Shown here: positions 49,891-60,632 of the stretch, one piece after another | Layout of the letters: each line of letters begins with the position of its first letter | How positions within the stretch are numbered: position 1 is the first letter of the stretch | Source: Candidatus Cloacimonadales bacterium | Lineage (GTDB): Bacteria; Cloacimonadota; Cloacimonadia; Cloacimonadales; JAFGVF01 | NCBI GenBank assembly: GCA_963662585.1 | Contig: OY759729.1 | Span: 672,001-736,000, forward strand | Length of the DNA stretch: 64,000 nt | Direction: 5' to 3' | The notes under the pieces: generated by a model | Told to the model about the DNA's origin: nothing | What the model saw: only the letters and a program-made list of their open reading frames with translations | The model's database searches: none | Translations under genes and position numbers: made by a program

Positions 49891-52740
49891 CTATTTTTGT
49901 GGGAATATATCAAGTAAGAATGTTATTTTCGCAGTAGAAAGGATAGTTCCTACAATGATGAAAAATAGAATAATAAACTTGAAGTAATCTTGAGCTTTAA
50001 GTGTTCCAAGAATCATAGGTTCCTTAGACATATAAGCAGAAGCTGCGTATAACTCTTCACCAATAAGTGTATAGTCACAAGTAGTAATGAAGAAAGGAAT
50101 TTGTGTAACTGAGTCAGTACCAGCAATCTGAATAGCTCCAGTAATGTTACCTGTTTCAGTCATAAGTAATGATTCAGCAAAATAAGAACCCATATAGAAG
50201 TTAGTAGCAGTCTTTTCACGAATCATGATACCATTAACACCAGCCACATAAGCAAATTGGTCAGTAGTAACAAAGAAAACTGAGTTCTTATCGAAAGTAT
50301 CAGGTCTTCCTGCTTCGATATGAGCTTCTTTAACGATTTCTTGAGCAATAGGCATTAAGATATAGTCTCTAGTAGGGACTAAAATTCTAGTATCATATTC
50401 AGCTGCTTTTTTAGCAACTTTACCAAGAATAGAGAGAGCAGCTAGAGTAGCCACCACACTAATACTGGACATACCAGGAACGAAAAGGATAGGTCTACCC
50501 ATTTCTGTAGCACGACCGATAGCATTATCAATTTCTTGAATACCTGCAATAGGTCTGATATAGAGATCTACGCCTTTTTTAGCTAAGTTAACATAAACAC
50601 CAACTAAAATAGCAAAGATAACTGAAGCTACCAATCCAGCCCATTTCTCATGATCAAATTGATTTGAGATAGGAGTGAAGTATTGGAAAGTACCATCATC
50701 ATTTTTAGGTAATTCGTAAGAAGAGAAAAGACCTTTATTATTAGTAGTAAATACTTTATATGACTTTTGTCTTAAAGAACTATCTCTATATTTTCTAACT
50801 AGTTTAATCCAGTTATTATCACTAATATTTTTATCTAATTCTGTTTGTAAGCTTACTAAATTTGCTTGGTATTCTTCAAGAATTTTCATCTCATTTTGAG
50901 CTGTTGTTGCTGCAATTTCAGCTTTAACATTTTCGATTTCAGCAGCTAAAAGTTCTTTAGATTTTGAAGCAAATTTACTTAAGTAAAGAGCTTTCTCTGC
51001 TCTAGCATCGTACCAAACTTGAATTCCGTCAGGAGTAAGAACTTTACCTGACTCAGCATCGAAAGCTACTACAGATTCATAAATATATCTCTCGTAACTA
51101 ATAACATCACTATAGTTGTTCATTTTACCAACAACTTTAGCTGCTACAGTAACAAAATTAGGAGATGCTTCTTTAGCATAGACTTCATAATTAAATGAAT
51201 TTAGATTAATATCTTCTTTAGTAATTGCTGATGGGATAAGAGCTTTTAAGATTTTATCAAACTTCAATGTTTGATAGAAAGTATAAGGTTCTGTCTCAGG
51301 ATTGTTGGTTGTTACCAAAATCTCAGCATGAATAACATTATTATCATAATCTTCTGGAAGAGATAATTTAATTATATTATTAAGATAGAACTCATTATGA
51401 GTAAAGAATGGCTCATCTTGACCATCGATAGTTAATTTAATATCAAATGATTTTAATTTTTCTGCTTTGTAATCAAAGAAATCATAGTTAACTACTAAGA
51501 ACTTTCCAAGTTTTTCAACAAAAGAAGTCTTTGTAATTTCAACTACAGGTTTTTCCCATACAACAATTTGAGTATCACCTTTATCATTAGGAACATCAAA
51601 TACATTAAAAGTAGGAACTTTTGGGGTTTCTTTTATACTAGCAGTTTGAATAGTTTTTGCTTTTCCAATAGAATTATCATTGAGGAAGAAAGTTTGACCA
51701 CTATTAGCCTGAATAGCCACAACGATATTTTCAATATTTTCAGGATCAATAACAAATTTTGCTTCTTCGTTTTTTAAGCAATAAAGGCCATCTTCTAATA
51801 CGATAGGTGCAGAATATTTAGCATATTCATTGATTTGTCCATCTAAAGTAATAATAAATGGTTCACTACCTTGATAAGGGTTCTCTTCAGTTGCATCGAA
51901 GTAGCTTCTAGCAAGATCAAGTTCATCTGTAAAAAGATAAATAGCGGCTTGACTAGCATAGCTACCAACACTATTTTCCCAATCAAAGTTTAAAGAAACT
52001 GGAGTTAGGCCATCTGTTACTAACACACTATAAAGTTCTTTTGCAGGTGTAAGTAATGGATCACTAATAGGAGTTCCACTAACAATAACTGAAGGAGTTA
52101 AGTATTTTCTTGTTTCGTTAATAGGAACAATACTATAATAATATGTTACTCCTTCTTTAACTCTTGCTAAGATACTTACATTACCTAGTGGGTAACCTGA
52201 GAATAACTCTTCATCAAGTGTTACTTCATCGTATCTGCTGTAATAAACACCTTTGTCAATTTGAGCGATAAAAGTGAATTTTCCATTAGCTTGAGCTAAA
52301 ACTTCTAAGTCACGAGGGTAACCATTATTAGTGGTACCAAAATAGTTAGTAGTTTCGTTAAGTGGTTTTACTTTACCATCTGTAACTAATCTGCCTGGGC
52401 AAGATTTGTCTACAAAAGGTTTAAAGCCACTATCTAAATAAGTTATTTCTTCGCCGGCAAATCCCACAACAGGATTTAACACAACACTTCCTGAATAGAA
52501 TAATGAGTCTGGTGTAACACCACGATAAACTCTATATTCTAAAATTTTTAAATCGTTTGGTAACGGTTTCCACTTTAAGATTAAACCACTACCTAGATCG
52601 CCAGGTACATCTTCGACAACTAAATTCTCAATTTTAGCATTTTCGACTGTAATTCCTTCAGCAAAAAGACTAAAAGAGAAACTTAAAGCTATCAAGCATA
52701 GTAGCAATGACAACCATGACTTGCTTCGGTTTTTGTGCAT
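49891..52740 (-). CDS. Large exported protein with FN3-like N-terminal region and C-terminal DUF6754-type domain (gene 1 of cluster)
   Basis: Start 52740 (AAGGAG); signal peptide; two DVPxDxG...W motifs; YIRPIAGIQEIDNAIGRATEMGRP, QIPFFITTCDYTLIGEELYAASAY. Confidence 0.85.
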   Translation of the reverse strand: MHKNRSKSWLSLLLCLIALSFSFSLFAEGITVENAKIENLVVEDVPGDLGSGLILKWKPLPNDLKILEYRVYRGVTPDSLFYSGSVVLNPVVGFAGEEITYLDSGFKPFVDKSCPGRLVTDGKVKPLNETTNYFGTTNNGYPRDLEVLAQANGKFTFIAQIDKGVYYSRYDEVTLDEELFSGYPLGNVSILARVKEGVTYYYSIVPINETRKYLTPSVIVSGTPISDPLLTPAKELYSVLVTDGLTPVSLNFDWENSVGSYASQAAIYLFTDELDLARSYFDATEENPYQGSEPFIITLDGQINEYAKYSAPIVLEDGLYCLKNEEAKFVIDPENIENIVVAIQANSGQTFFLNDNSIGKAKTIQTASIKETPKVPTFNVFDVPNDKGDTQIVVWEKPVVEITKTSFVEKLGKFLVVNYDFFDYKAEKLKSFDIKLTIDGQDEPFFTHNEFYLNNIIKLSLPEDYDNNVIHAEILVTTNNPETEPYTFYQTLKFDKILKALIPSAITKEDINLNSFNYEVYAKEASPNFVTVAAKVVGKMNNYSDVISYERYIYESVVAFDAESGKVLTPDGIQVWYDARAEKALYLSKFASKSKELLAAEIENVKAEIAATTAQNEMKILEEYQANLVSLQTELDKNISDNNWIKLVRKYRDSSLRQKSYKVFTTNNKGLFSSYELPKNDDGTFQYFTPISNQFDHEKWAGLVASVIFAILVGVYVNLAKKGVDLYIRPIAGIQEIDNAIGRATEMGRPILFVPGMSSISVVATLAALSILGKVAKKAAEYDTRILVPTRDYILMPIAQEIVKEAHIEAGRPDTFDKNSVFFVTTDQFAYVAGVNGIMIREKTATNFYMGSYFAESLLMTETGNITGAIQIAGTDSVTQIPFFITTCDYTLIGEELYAASAYMSKEPMILGTLKAQDYFKFIILFFIIVGTILSTAKITFLLDIFPQK

Positions 52741-53311
52741 AGATTTCTCCTTATCATTATAAATAAGCTTTATACTAATTAAATTTAACAATTCAATAAA
52801 TTTTGTTAAATTTTTATTAATAGTTACGATTAAGCAAAAACTAACAATTATAACAAAATGAGTAATACTCACAATTTGTCAAACACTTTTTTTTGAATTT
52901 AATAATACCCTGGGTATAACTTACAGATAAATATTCGTTACTAATTATTTATCAATGACTAACAGTAATAATCTTTAACTTATAGACTTTCTAAAAGGTT
53001 TAGATAGAGGGATAAATCAATTGTTTTGGAAAGTTGAAGGGGATAATTTACGAGAGATTTTCATATTTCTAGTTTAGTATTTTTTTATTACTTATCTGGG
53101 AAAAAACTTCATAAGGATTAAGAAAAAAGTTCTTTTAAGACAAATCAAAACTAAAGAGCTTCTCTGATTTGTCGAGAAGAAAAAAATCATTGGACATAAT
53201 AACAGTATATCAAATAATTAACTTAATAACAAACTCGGATAAAGTAGTAGGCTTTGATTAAGAGTAAAGTTCTACTGCATGATTCAGGATAAAAAAATAA
53301 TAAGGATATTT

Positions 53312-54049
53312 ATGAGTAAATCAAGTTTATATGTAGTTGCTACACATATTGGTAATTGGGATGATATTACCTTAAGAGCATTGAAGGTATTAAAAGAAGT
53401 AGATTTTGTTATATGTGAAGAGAGAAAATCAGGAAGTCGCCTCCTCAGACACTATGAAATTAAGAAAGAGATTATGCTACTTAATGAGCATAGTGATAGA
53501 GAAGAGGAGAATGAAATATTTAATGAGATTTTTTTAAATGGAAAATCTGCTGCACTTATTTCAGATGCTGGGACTCCCCTCTTTGCTGATCCAGGCAATA
53601 GAATTGTCCATCGCTGTAATGATAATGGCATTCCTGTTCATCCAGTACCAGGTCCATCTTCCTTAATGGCAATGTTAATGATTAGTGGATTAAAATTAAA
53701 TAGTTTTCAGTACTGCGGTTTTTTACCTGCTAACAGAGAAGAAAGAGGTAATGCTTTAAGAAGATATCAAAAGCTAACTAATTTAGACCTAGTTTTTTTA
53801 GAAGCACCTTATCGTTTAAAACAGATCTTAAGAGATATGGAAATTGTCTTGGGTGGTCAGCGTAAAGTTATGTTAGGTTATAAACTTACCCAACCTGAAG
53901 AAAAGTTTATTGAAGGTACTATTAAGGAAATGAGATTCATGACTTCAGAACTTCCTAAAGGTGAATTCGTTCTAGTATTACCTTCAGAAAAAGAAACTTA
54001 TTATCATAAAAGCTCCAAAAGAAATAGCGATTCAGACGATGAGATATGA
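53312..54049 (+). CDS. rsmI: 16S rRNA (cytidine1402-2'-O)-methyltransferase
   Basis: LYVVATHIGNWDDITLRA, ISDAGTP..ADPG, PGPS, GFLP, EAPYR, PKGEF. Confidence 0.9.
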   Translation: MSKSSLYVVATHIGNWDDITLRALKVLKEVDFVICEERKSGSRLLRHYEIKKEIMLLNEHSDREEENEIFNEIFLNGKSAALISDAGTPLFADPGNRIVHRCNDNGIPVHPVPGPSSLMAMLMISGLKLNSFQYCGFLPANREERGNALRRYQKLTNLDLVFLEAPYRLKQILRDMEIVLGGQRKVMLGYKLTQPEEKFIEGTIKEMRFMTSELPKGEFVLVLPSEKETYYHKSSKRNSDSDDEI

Positions 54050-54804
54050 AGCAGTTAGGTAAAGATTACTTAATTCACATAAAGCAAAAGTTTCATGAGA
54101 ATGAGCTTATACTTCATGATGTTAAGCACAAGAAAGTATATCCTCTTCATATCCAGAAATTAATTACTAGTGAGTGGGAAAAAGTTACAGCAAACAAGGA
54201 TATTTTCATCTTTAATGGTTCTGTAAGTTGCTTAGATAGATTCGAGCTTGTAGAAGATAAGCTACATATTTATTATTGTGAGAGTGATTATAAGTCATAT
54301 TATGGAACTAATATCAAGAATAGCAAGATATTAAAAGATAATTCCGAGTTAGCTAATACTTTGGCAGTATGCACAGTAGTAGAGACTTCAGACCAGATGA
54401 TTATTGTTGGGAAAAGAGGTAAACATCTTGCTGAAGGCACATCATTGTGGCATGTACCAGGAGGCACTTTAGAGTATTATCCTGAGCGAGTAAATCATCC
54501 TTTTGAAGTAATGAGAAGAGAGTTGGTGGAAGAGTTAAATCTTAAAGAAATTTCAAGTATGATTTGTTTAGGTTTTGGTGAAAATCTTAACTTCAAGAAA
54601 CCTGAATTCTTGCTCTACACTACTACAAATTTAACTTCTCTTGAAATAGCAAATTCTCTTCAAGAAGCTTCTGATTTCAATGAGCATTCAGAGATAAGAT
54701 TCATTCCGAGAGACTTGATAATAGATTTTATTGCTAATAATAACTTTACCGAAATTGGCAGAGCAGTCATCCAATTATATTTAGAAATGAGAGAAAAGAA
54801 CTAA
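54046..54804 (+). CDS. NUDIX-like hydrolase
   Basis: PGGTLE...RRELVEELNL; 4-bp overlap with rsmI. Confidence 0.7.
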   Translation: MKQLGKDYLIHIKQKFHENELILHDVKHKKVYPLHIQKLITSEWEKVTANKDIFIFNGSVSCLDRFELVEDKLHIYYCESDYKSYYGTNIKNSKILKDNSELANTLAVCTVVETSDQMIIVGKRGKHLAEGTSLWHVPGGTLEYYPERVNHPFEVMRRELVEELNLKEISSMICLGFGENLNFKKPEFLLYTTTNLTSLEIANSLQEASDFNEHSEIRFIPRDLIIDFIANNNFTEIGRAVIQLYLEMREKN

Positions 54805-56930
54805 TGTTTGATACAATTGCTAAGATTACTAACATAAAGAAAAAGCAGATTGAAGCAGTGATTTCTCTAACAGAGGAAGGCTATACAATCCCTTTTATTG
54901 CCAGATATAGAAAAGAGCAGACAGATTACTTGGATGAAATTGAGATAAAACTAATTTTAGAAGAGTATGATAAGATAAATAAATTAAAGGCCCGTAGAGA
55001 AGAGATTATTGCTACTCTTATTGAGAGAGAACAACTTACGCCCAAGCTTAAAGCGCTTTTAGAAGAGGCTGACAAGCTAAGTCTCTTAGAAGAGATCTAC
55101 AAGCCTTACAAGAAGAAGCAAAAGACAAAAGCCATGGTGGCTAGAGAAAATGGATTAGAAGAAGTCGCTAATAGTATTAGGTATTTTAAGCAAAGAAGAG
55201 ATAGTGATTTCAGCAAGTATCTTGGTAAGAATTATGCTAATCAAGCTGAGATTATTGCAGATGCTCTTCACATCGTCATTGAAGATATTGCTAATAATCA
55301 GTACTTAAGAAATGCCCTAAAGGATATGTTTCTCCAAAGAGCTTCCCTAATTGTTGAAAAAGCTAAGGGCGAAAATCTTGACCCAGAGCAGACTTATAAG
55401 AATTATTACGATTTTAAAAAGCCCCTTAAGTATTTAGAAGCTTTTCAAACCTTAGCAATAAATAGAGGTGAAAAAGAAAAAGTCCTTAGTAGTTCTATTG
55501 AAGTAGATATTGATATTCACTTTAAGATGGAAAGAATCTTGAGAATAAGTCAAGATTTAGGCTATTATCCAGAATTACTACAGGCTATCAAAAAGGCATA
55601 TTCAGGCTCTTTAAAAGCTTCATTAAACAGAGAGATAATGAGTGAACTTACTGATAATGCTGAAAAGCGGTCTATAGAAGTTTTTGCAAGTAATTTAAGA
55701 GCCTTATTACTAAAAAGACCTTATAGAGCACATAGTGTAATGGGGCTTGATCCAGGATTTAGAACAGGTTGTAAAGTAGCTGTAATAGACCATTTTGGTA
55801 AGTTTTTAGATAGTAGCCTTATCTATCCTGTCCCTCCATTTAACAAAATAGCTGAAACAGAAAAGATAGTTCTTAATTTGATCAAAAAATATCAGATAGA
55901 TGTTATTGCAATTGGCGATGGTACTGCTTCTTATGAAACTTCAACCATAATTTCTAATATTATTCAAAAGCATAATCTTCCCACAAAATTTACTGTTATT
56001 TCAGAATCCGGAGCTTCAGTCTATTCTGCTTCAGAAATAGCTCATGATGAATTCCCTGATTTAGATCTCACAATTAGAAGTGCAATTTCCATTGCTAGAA
56101 GAGTGCTTTCTTTCCTTGATGAAATGATAAAAATCCCACCTGAATCAATAGGCGTAGGAATGTATCAACACGATGTGAATGCTAAAAGATTAAAAGAATC
56201 TCTTGATTTTGAAGTCACCTCTGTTGTGCATCATGTTGGAGTAGATTTAAACAGCTCTTCCCCCTATCTTCTCAAATTTGTGTCAGGCATTACCCCTTCT
56301 GTAGCCAAAAATATAGATAATTACCGTCAAGAAACAGGTGCTTTTTCTTCTAGGAAAGAACTATTGAAAGTGAAAGGCTTTGGACCTAAAGCTTTTGAAT
56401 TAGCTTCAGGCTTCTGCCGAGTAAGAAACTCTACTAATCCACTAGACAATACCATTATTCATCCTAATGATTACCCAAAAGTAAGTAAATTACTTCTTAC
56501 TTTGGGAGTTAAGAAGAGAATAACAAGCATAGATTACCAAGAGCTTAGAGCTATATTTAGTACTTTACCTAAACAAAAAATCATTTGTGATGAGCTATCC
56601 AGACATGATATAGACTTTATTTATTCTGCCATCGTTGAAAGAGATATTGACCCTCGGGAATCACTTCCTACAGTACAGTTATCTGACAAAGTTCCTTCCA
56701 TAGAAGATTTCACTGTAAATTCTCAATGGCAGGGAGAAGTAAAGAATGTAACAGATTTTGGACTCTTCGTTAATCTAGGCACCAAAACAGATGGATTAGT
56801 TCATGTCTCTAACTTTAATTCTAAAAAAGAAATGTTTAAAAACTACTACCCAGGAAAACTAATTCCAGTGACTGTTAAATCTGTCGATAGAGAGAGAAAT
56901 CGCATTCAACTAATATTAACCAAAATTTAG
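54804..56930 (+). CDS. tex: Tex-family RNA-binding protein
   Basis: TIPFIARYRKE, DPGFRTGCK, ESGASVYSAS, IGVGMYQHD, HhH region, C-terminal S1 domain. Confidence 0.95.
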   Translation: MFDTIAKITNIKKKQIEAVISLTEEGYTIPFIARYRKEQTDYLDEIEIKLILEEYDKINKLKARREEIIATLIEREQLTPKLKALLEEADKLSLLEEIYKPYKKKQKTKAMVARENGLEEVANSIRYFKQRRDSDFSKYLGKNYANQAEIIADALHIVIEDIANNQYLRNALKDMFLQRASLIVEKAKGENLDPEQTYKNYYDFKKPLKYLEAFQTLAINRGEKEKVLSSSIEVDIDIHFKMERILRISQDLGYYPELLQAIKKAYSGSLKASLNREIMSELTDNAEKRSIEVFASNLRALLLKRPYRAHSVMGLDPGFRTGCKVAVIDHFGKFLDSSLIYPVPPFNKIAETEKIVLNLIKKYQIDVIAIGDGTASYETSTIISNIIQKHNLPTKFTVISESGASVYSASEIAHDEFPDLDLTIRSAISIARRVLSFLDEMIKIPPESIGVGMYQHDVNAKRLKESLDFEVTSVVHHVGVDLNSSSPYLLKFVSGITPSVAKNIDNYRQETGAFSSRKELLKVKGFGPKAFELASGFCRVRNSTNPLDNTIIHPNDYPKVSKLLLTLGVKKRITSIDYQELRAIFSTLPKQKIICDELSRHDIDFIYSAIVERDIDPRESLPTVQLSDKVPSIEDFTVNSQWQGEVKNVTDFGLFVNLGTKTDGLVHVSNFNSKKEMFKNYYPGKLIPVTVKSVDRERNRIQLILTKI

Positions 56931-56939
56931 GAGAGAGAA

Positions 56940-57647
56940 ATGGACTTTAAAGAACACTATAAAATTGATGCTGAATTATTTGATTATTTTGGAGCTAACC
57001 AGCTTTCTGAAAATGAGAGAAGACGCAACTACTATATATTAAAGTACTTCCCTGCACATCAAGGGGATAAAATCTTAGAAATCGGTTCAGGTAGAGGTTG
57101 GTTCTCACTTGAAATGGCAAAAAAGGGATTTGACATCACTGCTGTTGATTTATCACAAAAGAACTTAGACCTCATTCAAGAGAAGAGCAGTCGTATTAAG
57201 ACTAAATATGGAAGTGCTGAAGAGCTACCTTTTACAGAAGAGAGGTTCGATTGGATAGTAATGAATGAGGTACTTGAACATTTAGAAAACCCTAATGAAG
57301 TTATTGCCCATATTAGCAATTTCTTAACTCCTCAAGGCAAAATCTTTATCTCTGTACCTTTTAATGAGAATATTGTGCAAGAGCTTTGTATTCATTGCCA
57401 TAAAATGACTCCTCGTAGTGCTCATCTTCATTCATTTACGCTGAAAAGTTTAGAAAGATTAGCTACAGAGAATAAGCTTTTTATAGTCAACAGCTTCACT
57501 TATTTAAATAAGTTCTTTACGAAAACTGGTCTTATCTCTATCATCAAATTAATGCCTAATTGCATCTTCGAAATCAAAGACCAGTTCTTGTGTGCTCTTA
57601 ATAAGAAAGCAGAATATATTAGTTTGATTTTGATGAAAAAAAGATAA
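56940..57647 (+). CDS. Class I SAM-dependent methyltransferase
   Basis: ILEIGSGRG, VDLS, EVLEHL; CIHC...HLH insert. Confidence 0.9.
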   Translation: MDFKEHYKIDAELFDYFGANQLSENERRRNYYILKYFPAHQGDKILEIGSGRGWFSLEMAKKGFDITAVDLSQKNLDLIQEKSSRIKTKYGSAEELPFTEERFDWIVMNEVLEHLENPNEVIAHISNFLTPQGKIFISVPFNENIVQELCIHCHKMTPRSAHLHSFTLKSLERLATENKLFIVNSFTYLNKFFTKTGLISIIKLMPNCIFEIKDQFLCALNKKAEYISLILMKKR

Positions 57648-57682
57648 GATAAAATTGAGAATTGAGATCAAAGAAGATGAGG

Positions 57683-58404
57683 GGCTGTCCTCAATCCGAC
57701 AGAAGAGGGATTATCACACTTCTCAACTGCCAGTTTTGGTACTGAAGTCTGAAATGCTAATTTCTAGCTCCTGAGTAGACTTAAAATGTAAAACATCGTG
57801 TTCTAGACCTCCTCAAACTCCCCGCTTTAGTGCTGAAAGCACGCTAAAAGAGGGGTGGCTGCAAAGCAGACGGGGTGTTTTCTTAAATCCCCCTCCGTGA
57901 GGAGGACACAGGGGGTGTCTTCTCTTATAATCCCTATTATATGTTATCCCTCAGGGATTTAATTTAAGAGGCTTCTTCTCAAGTATTTGCTAATTTTTTA
58001 AAAGTATGTCGCCCTTTCAGGGCTATTTTCTGGTGGTTTCCTCTAGGAGTGTCTTGCGAACACTCCCTATTATATGTTATCCCTCCGGGATTTAAGATTG
58101 ATACAAATCCCCCTCCGTGAGGAGGACACAGGGGGTGTCTTCTCTTATAATCCCTATTATATGTTATCCCTCAGGGATTTAATTTAAGAGGCTTCTTCTC
58201 AAGTATTTGCTAATTTTTTAAAAGTATGTCGCCCTTTCAGGGCTATTTTCTGGTGGTTTCCTCTAGGAGTGTCTTGCGAACACTCCCTATTATATGTTAT
58301 CCCTCCGGGATTTAAGATTGATACAAATCCCCCTCCGTGAGGGGAACACAGGGGGTGTCTTCTCTTATAATCCCTATTATATGTTCTCCCTCAGGGATTT
58401 AAGA
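57683..58404 (-). repeat. Inverted REP-module cluster including ~2.3 tandem copies of a 220-bp unit
   Basis: aaatccccctccgtgag at 57885, 58105 and 58325; modules are reverse complements of those at 44.8-47.5 kb. Confidence 0.92.
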
Positions 58405-58464
58405 TGCTCAAGTTCATATTTAGTGGAAATTATTAAGCAATTCCTTGCACTTTATTATTGAAAT

Positions 58465-58493
58465 GAAAAAGGACTCTTCGAAAAGAGTCCCTT
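58465..58493 (-). terminator. Terminator hairpin
   Basis: ggactctt-cgaa-aagagtcc with a T-run on the minus strand. Confidence 0.75.
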
Positions 58494-58514
58494 CTGCACT
58501 AAACAAGGAGTTCT

Positions 58515-60509
58515 TTAAGGTTGTTGATATATTAAATCTTCATCTCTATATCCAGGTAAGTTAAGATACCAGTCAGGGTAAGATGCACCTGATGATTCAG
58601 CCCAACTTTGGAATTTAAGATAAGCGTGATTAATCTTTTTAGTTTCATAAGGGTATTCCCAACTATCAGCGATGTTAAGAGCCCATGGATGATTATTAAT
58701 AGTTTTATAGAATCTATTTTGGTTTATATTTGTTGTATCATCATTCATACCAAACATTGCTTGATCAGCTAAGGTAGTAGGAGGATAATCTGCAAGATGA
58801 ACTTCATGTTCTCTATCTGTATCAACAAAAATAAATGGATTAAAAGGAATAGCCCATTGCCAATTTTCCATCTCTTCAGGTGTATTGAATTCGATGTTTA
58901 AGGCAATCTTTATAGGTTCAATATAAGAAACATCAGCTTGAGTATTTATGAAATTAGTTCCATTGGCTGGGATAAAGTCAAATGTGTTATTGATAAACTT
59001 AACCACTGCTTTACTTCCCTCTTCCAATATAGGATTAAAAGCTGAATGAGAAATTACTTCAGAATAAGACAAGGTATCACTTCCATCGATTATAGTCATA
59101 TTGGCTATATTAGTTGAGCTGAAAGGAAATTGAACTGCAAAACCATTTCTATAGCGTGCACCAACTGCCCTAAGTTCAAATTCTGTTATCAGATTAGTAA
59201 CTTCTCCTTCCACATTTTTATGGAAAAAGATATTATAATCCATTACCATGTCATTAAAGTCATAATCACCTTTTTGAGGCCAGAGATCTTCAAAAACTAA
59301 AGTAGAGTTTGAATAGTTATTAGTATGGAATGCTTTATCAGGATTATCTGGAAAATCATCAAATATATCTGAAATTCCATCATTGTCTCTGTCATCAGGA
59401 GTGTCAATAGGTGGTACATCATCAATATCAATTGATTCTATAGGATTTGCTGTTGCATAGAAAACAGCATCATTATAATCATCATCACCTTCACTTTTAA
59501 CTAAGTCTTCAAAAGCAAAAAGAAGTTTTTCATATTCTGCATCATATACAAGTATACTTTGTTGGTTATTATCTGGATTAAGATTTGTATTAGAGAACCA
59601 GCTACTAACAACTAAATGAGCTCCTCCGCTATACCAGCCATTATCCATAATTACCCAGCCTATTACAGTTCCAGGTTCAAATTGACCGAGATAAATTTTA
59701 TCTCCTGGAACTAAACCACCCCCACTGTTGACCATTGAAACATTAGGGAATAATATTTTCACAACATCAATATCATCTCTTGATTGGGGTGGATTCCCCT
59801 CTTGATAAGTGTAATAACCAAGGGAGTTTAGATGTCCTGCACCTTCATGAACAAAAGTTACCCAAACATCAGCAGCTTCATCAATCACTAATACATTCAA
59901 TTGATTACCTTCAGTAAGGTAGTCAGGATGGTATTGGGGAACAGGTCTGCTTTCAGGAAGAGTAGCATCAACTTTGGTTAAAAAAGCTGCATCAATAACA
60001 TCTCTTTCCATGCCTAAAGGAACACCTTGAGCATTATAATCTAATACATATTCTAAATCTGTCTTAGGAGGAGCAATAGCCTTTTTATCATTTCTAGCTT
60101 TATCGTTTATTCCTGAGCCAAACTCATAAGTTGCGCTATTATTCAAAATTGGCAACTCTAGAGAAGACATATATCCAACAACATATACTGAAGTAAGATA
60201 GGTTGGTAAAGTGACTTTAAAAGTGGCTGAACCAGAAGCTTTTGTGGAAGCTGAATCGAATAGTCTTCCACCTTCACTTGGAGCTTTATCATAAATTTTA
60301 AATGGAATATTTGCTACTCCTTGACCTTCACCATTGAATACTTTAATTTCGATGTTAACTAATTCAGTAGTTGAGTAGTTAAAATTGTCTTGAACTTGGA
60401 GATCTTCAAAATCAACAGTGGTATTATTATTTGTGTTATTATCATCACTACAGCCAAAACTTAATGCTAGTAGTGCAACAACAGTAAAAAGCATTATTAT
60501 CTTTTTCAT
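58515..60509 (-). CDS. LruC-domain (DUF4842/DUF4114-like) lipoprotein
   Basis: Lipobox SFGC; VTFVHEGAG, FEDLWPQKGDYDFND, NPFI, EVHL..YPPT, PWA; DRDNDGISD loop. Confidence 0.85.
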   Translation of the reverse strand: MKKIIMLFTVVALLALSFGCSDDNNTNNNTTVDFEDLQVQDNFNYSTTELVNIEIKVFNGEGQGVANIPFKIYDKAPSEGGRLFDSASTKASGSATFKVTLPTYLTSVYVVGYMSSLELPILNNSATYEFGSGINDKARNDKKAIAPPKTDLEYVLDYNAQGVPLGMERDVIDAAFLTKVDATLPESRPVPQYHPDYLTEGNQLNVLVIDEAADVWVTFVHEGAGHLNSLGYYTYQEGNPPQSRDDIDVVKILFPNVSMVNSGGGLVPGDKIYLGQFEPGTVIGWVIMDNGWYSGGAHLVVSSWFSNTNLNPDNNQQSILVYDAEYEKLLFAFEDLVKSEGDDDYNDAVFYATANPIESIDIDDVPPIDTPDDRDNDGISDIFDDFPDNPDKAFHTNNYSNSTLVFEDLWPQKGDYDFNDMVMDYNIFFHKNVEGEVTNLITEFELRAVGARYRNGFAVQFPFSSTNIANMTIIDGSDTLSYSEVISHSAFNPILEEGSKAVVKFINNTFDFIPANGTNFINTQADVSYIEPIKIALNIEFNTPEEMENWQWAIPFNPFIFVDTDREHEVHLADYPPTTLADQAMFGMNDDTTNINQNRFYKTINNHPWALNIADSWEYPYETKKINHAYLKFQSWAESSGASYPDWYLNLPGYRDEDLIYQQP

Positions 60510-60632
60510 ATTCCATCCTTTATTATGTGCTTTAATAATTAAAAATTAATTACTTTTGTAATTTTTACAAATATTTTTTTGTAAAAAATAAGGGACTAAC
60601 AAGTAGCCCCTTAAATTTCTTCTCTCTATAAA

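Noticed and set aside
52741..52872. N-terminal extensions in the ORF track (also 25375-25446, 40143-40238, 44116-44142)
   Set aside because: They run through promoter or RBS regions; downstream ATGs have better RBSs, signal peptides or domain starts
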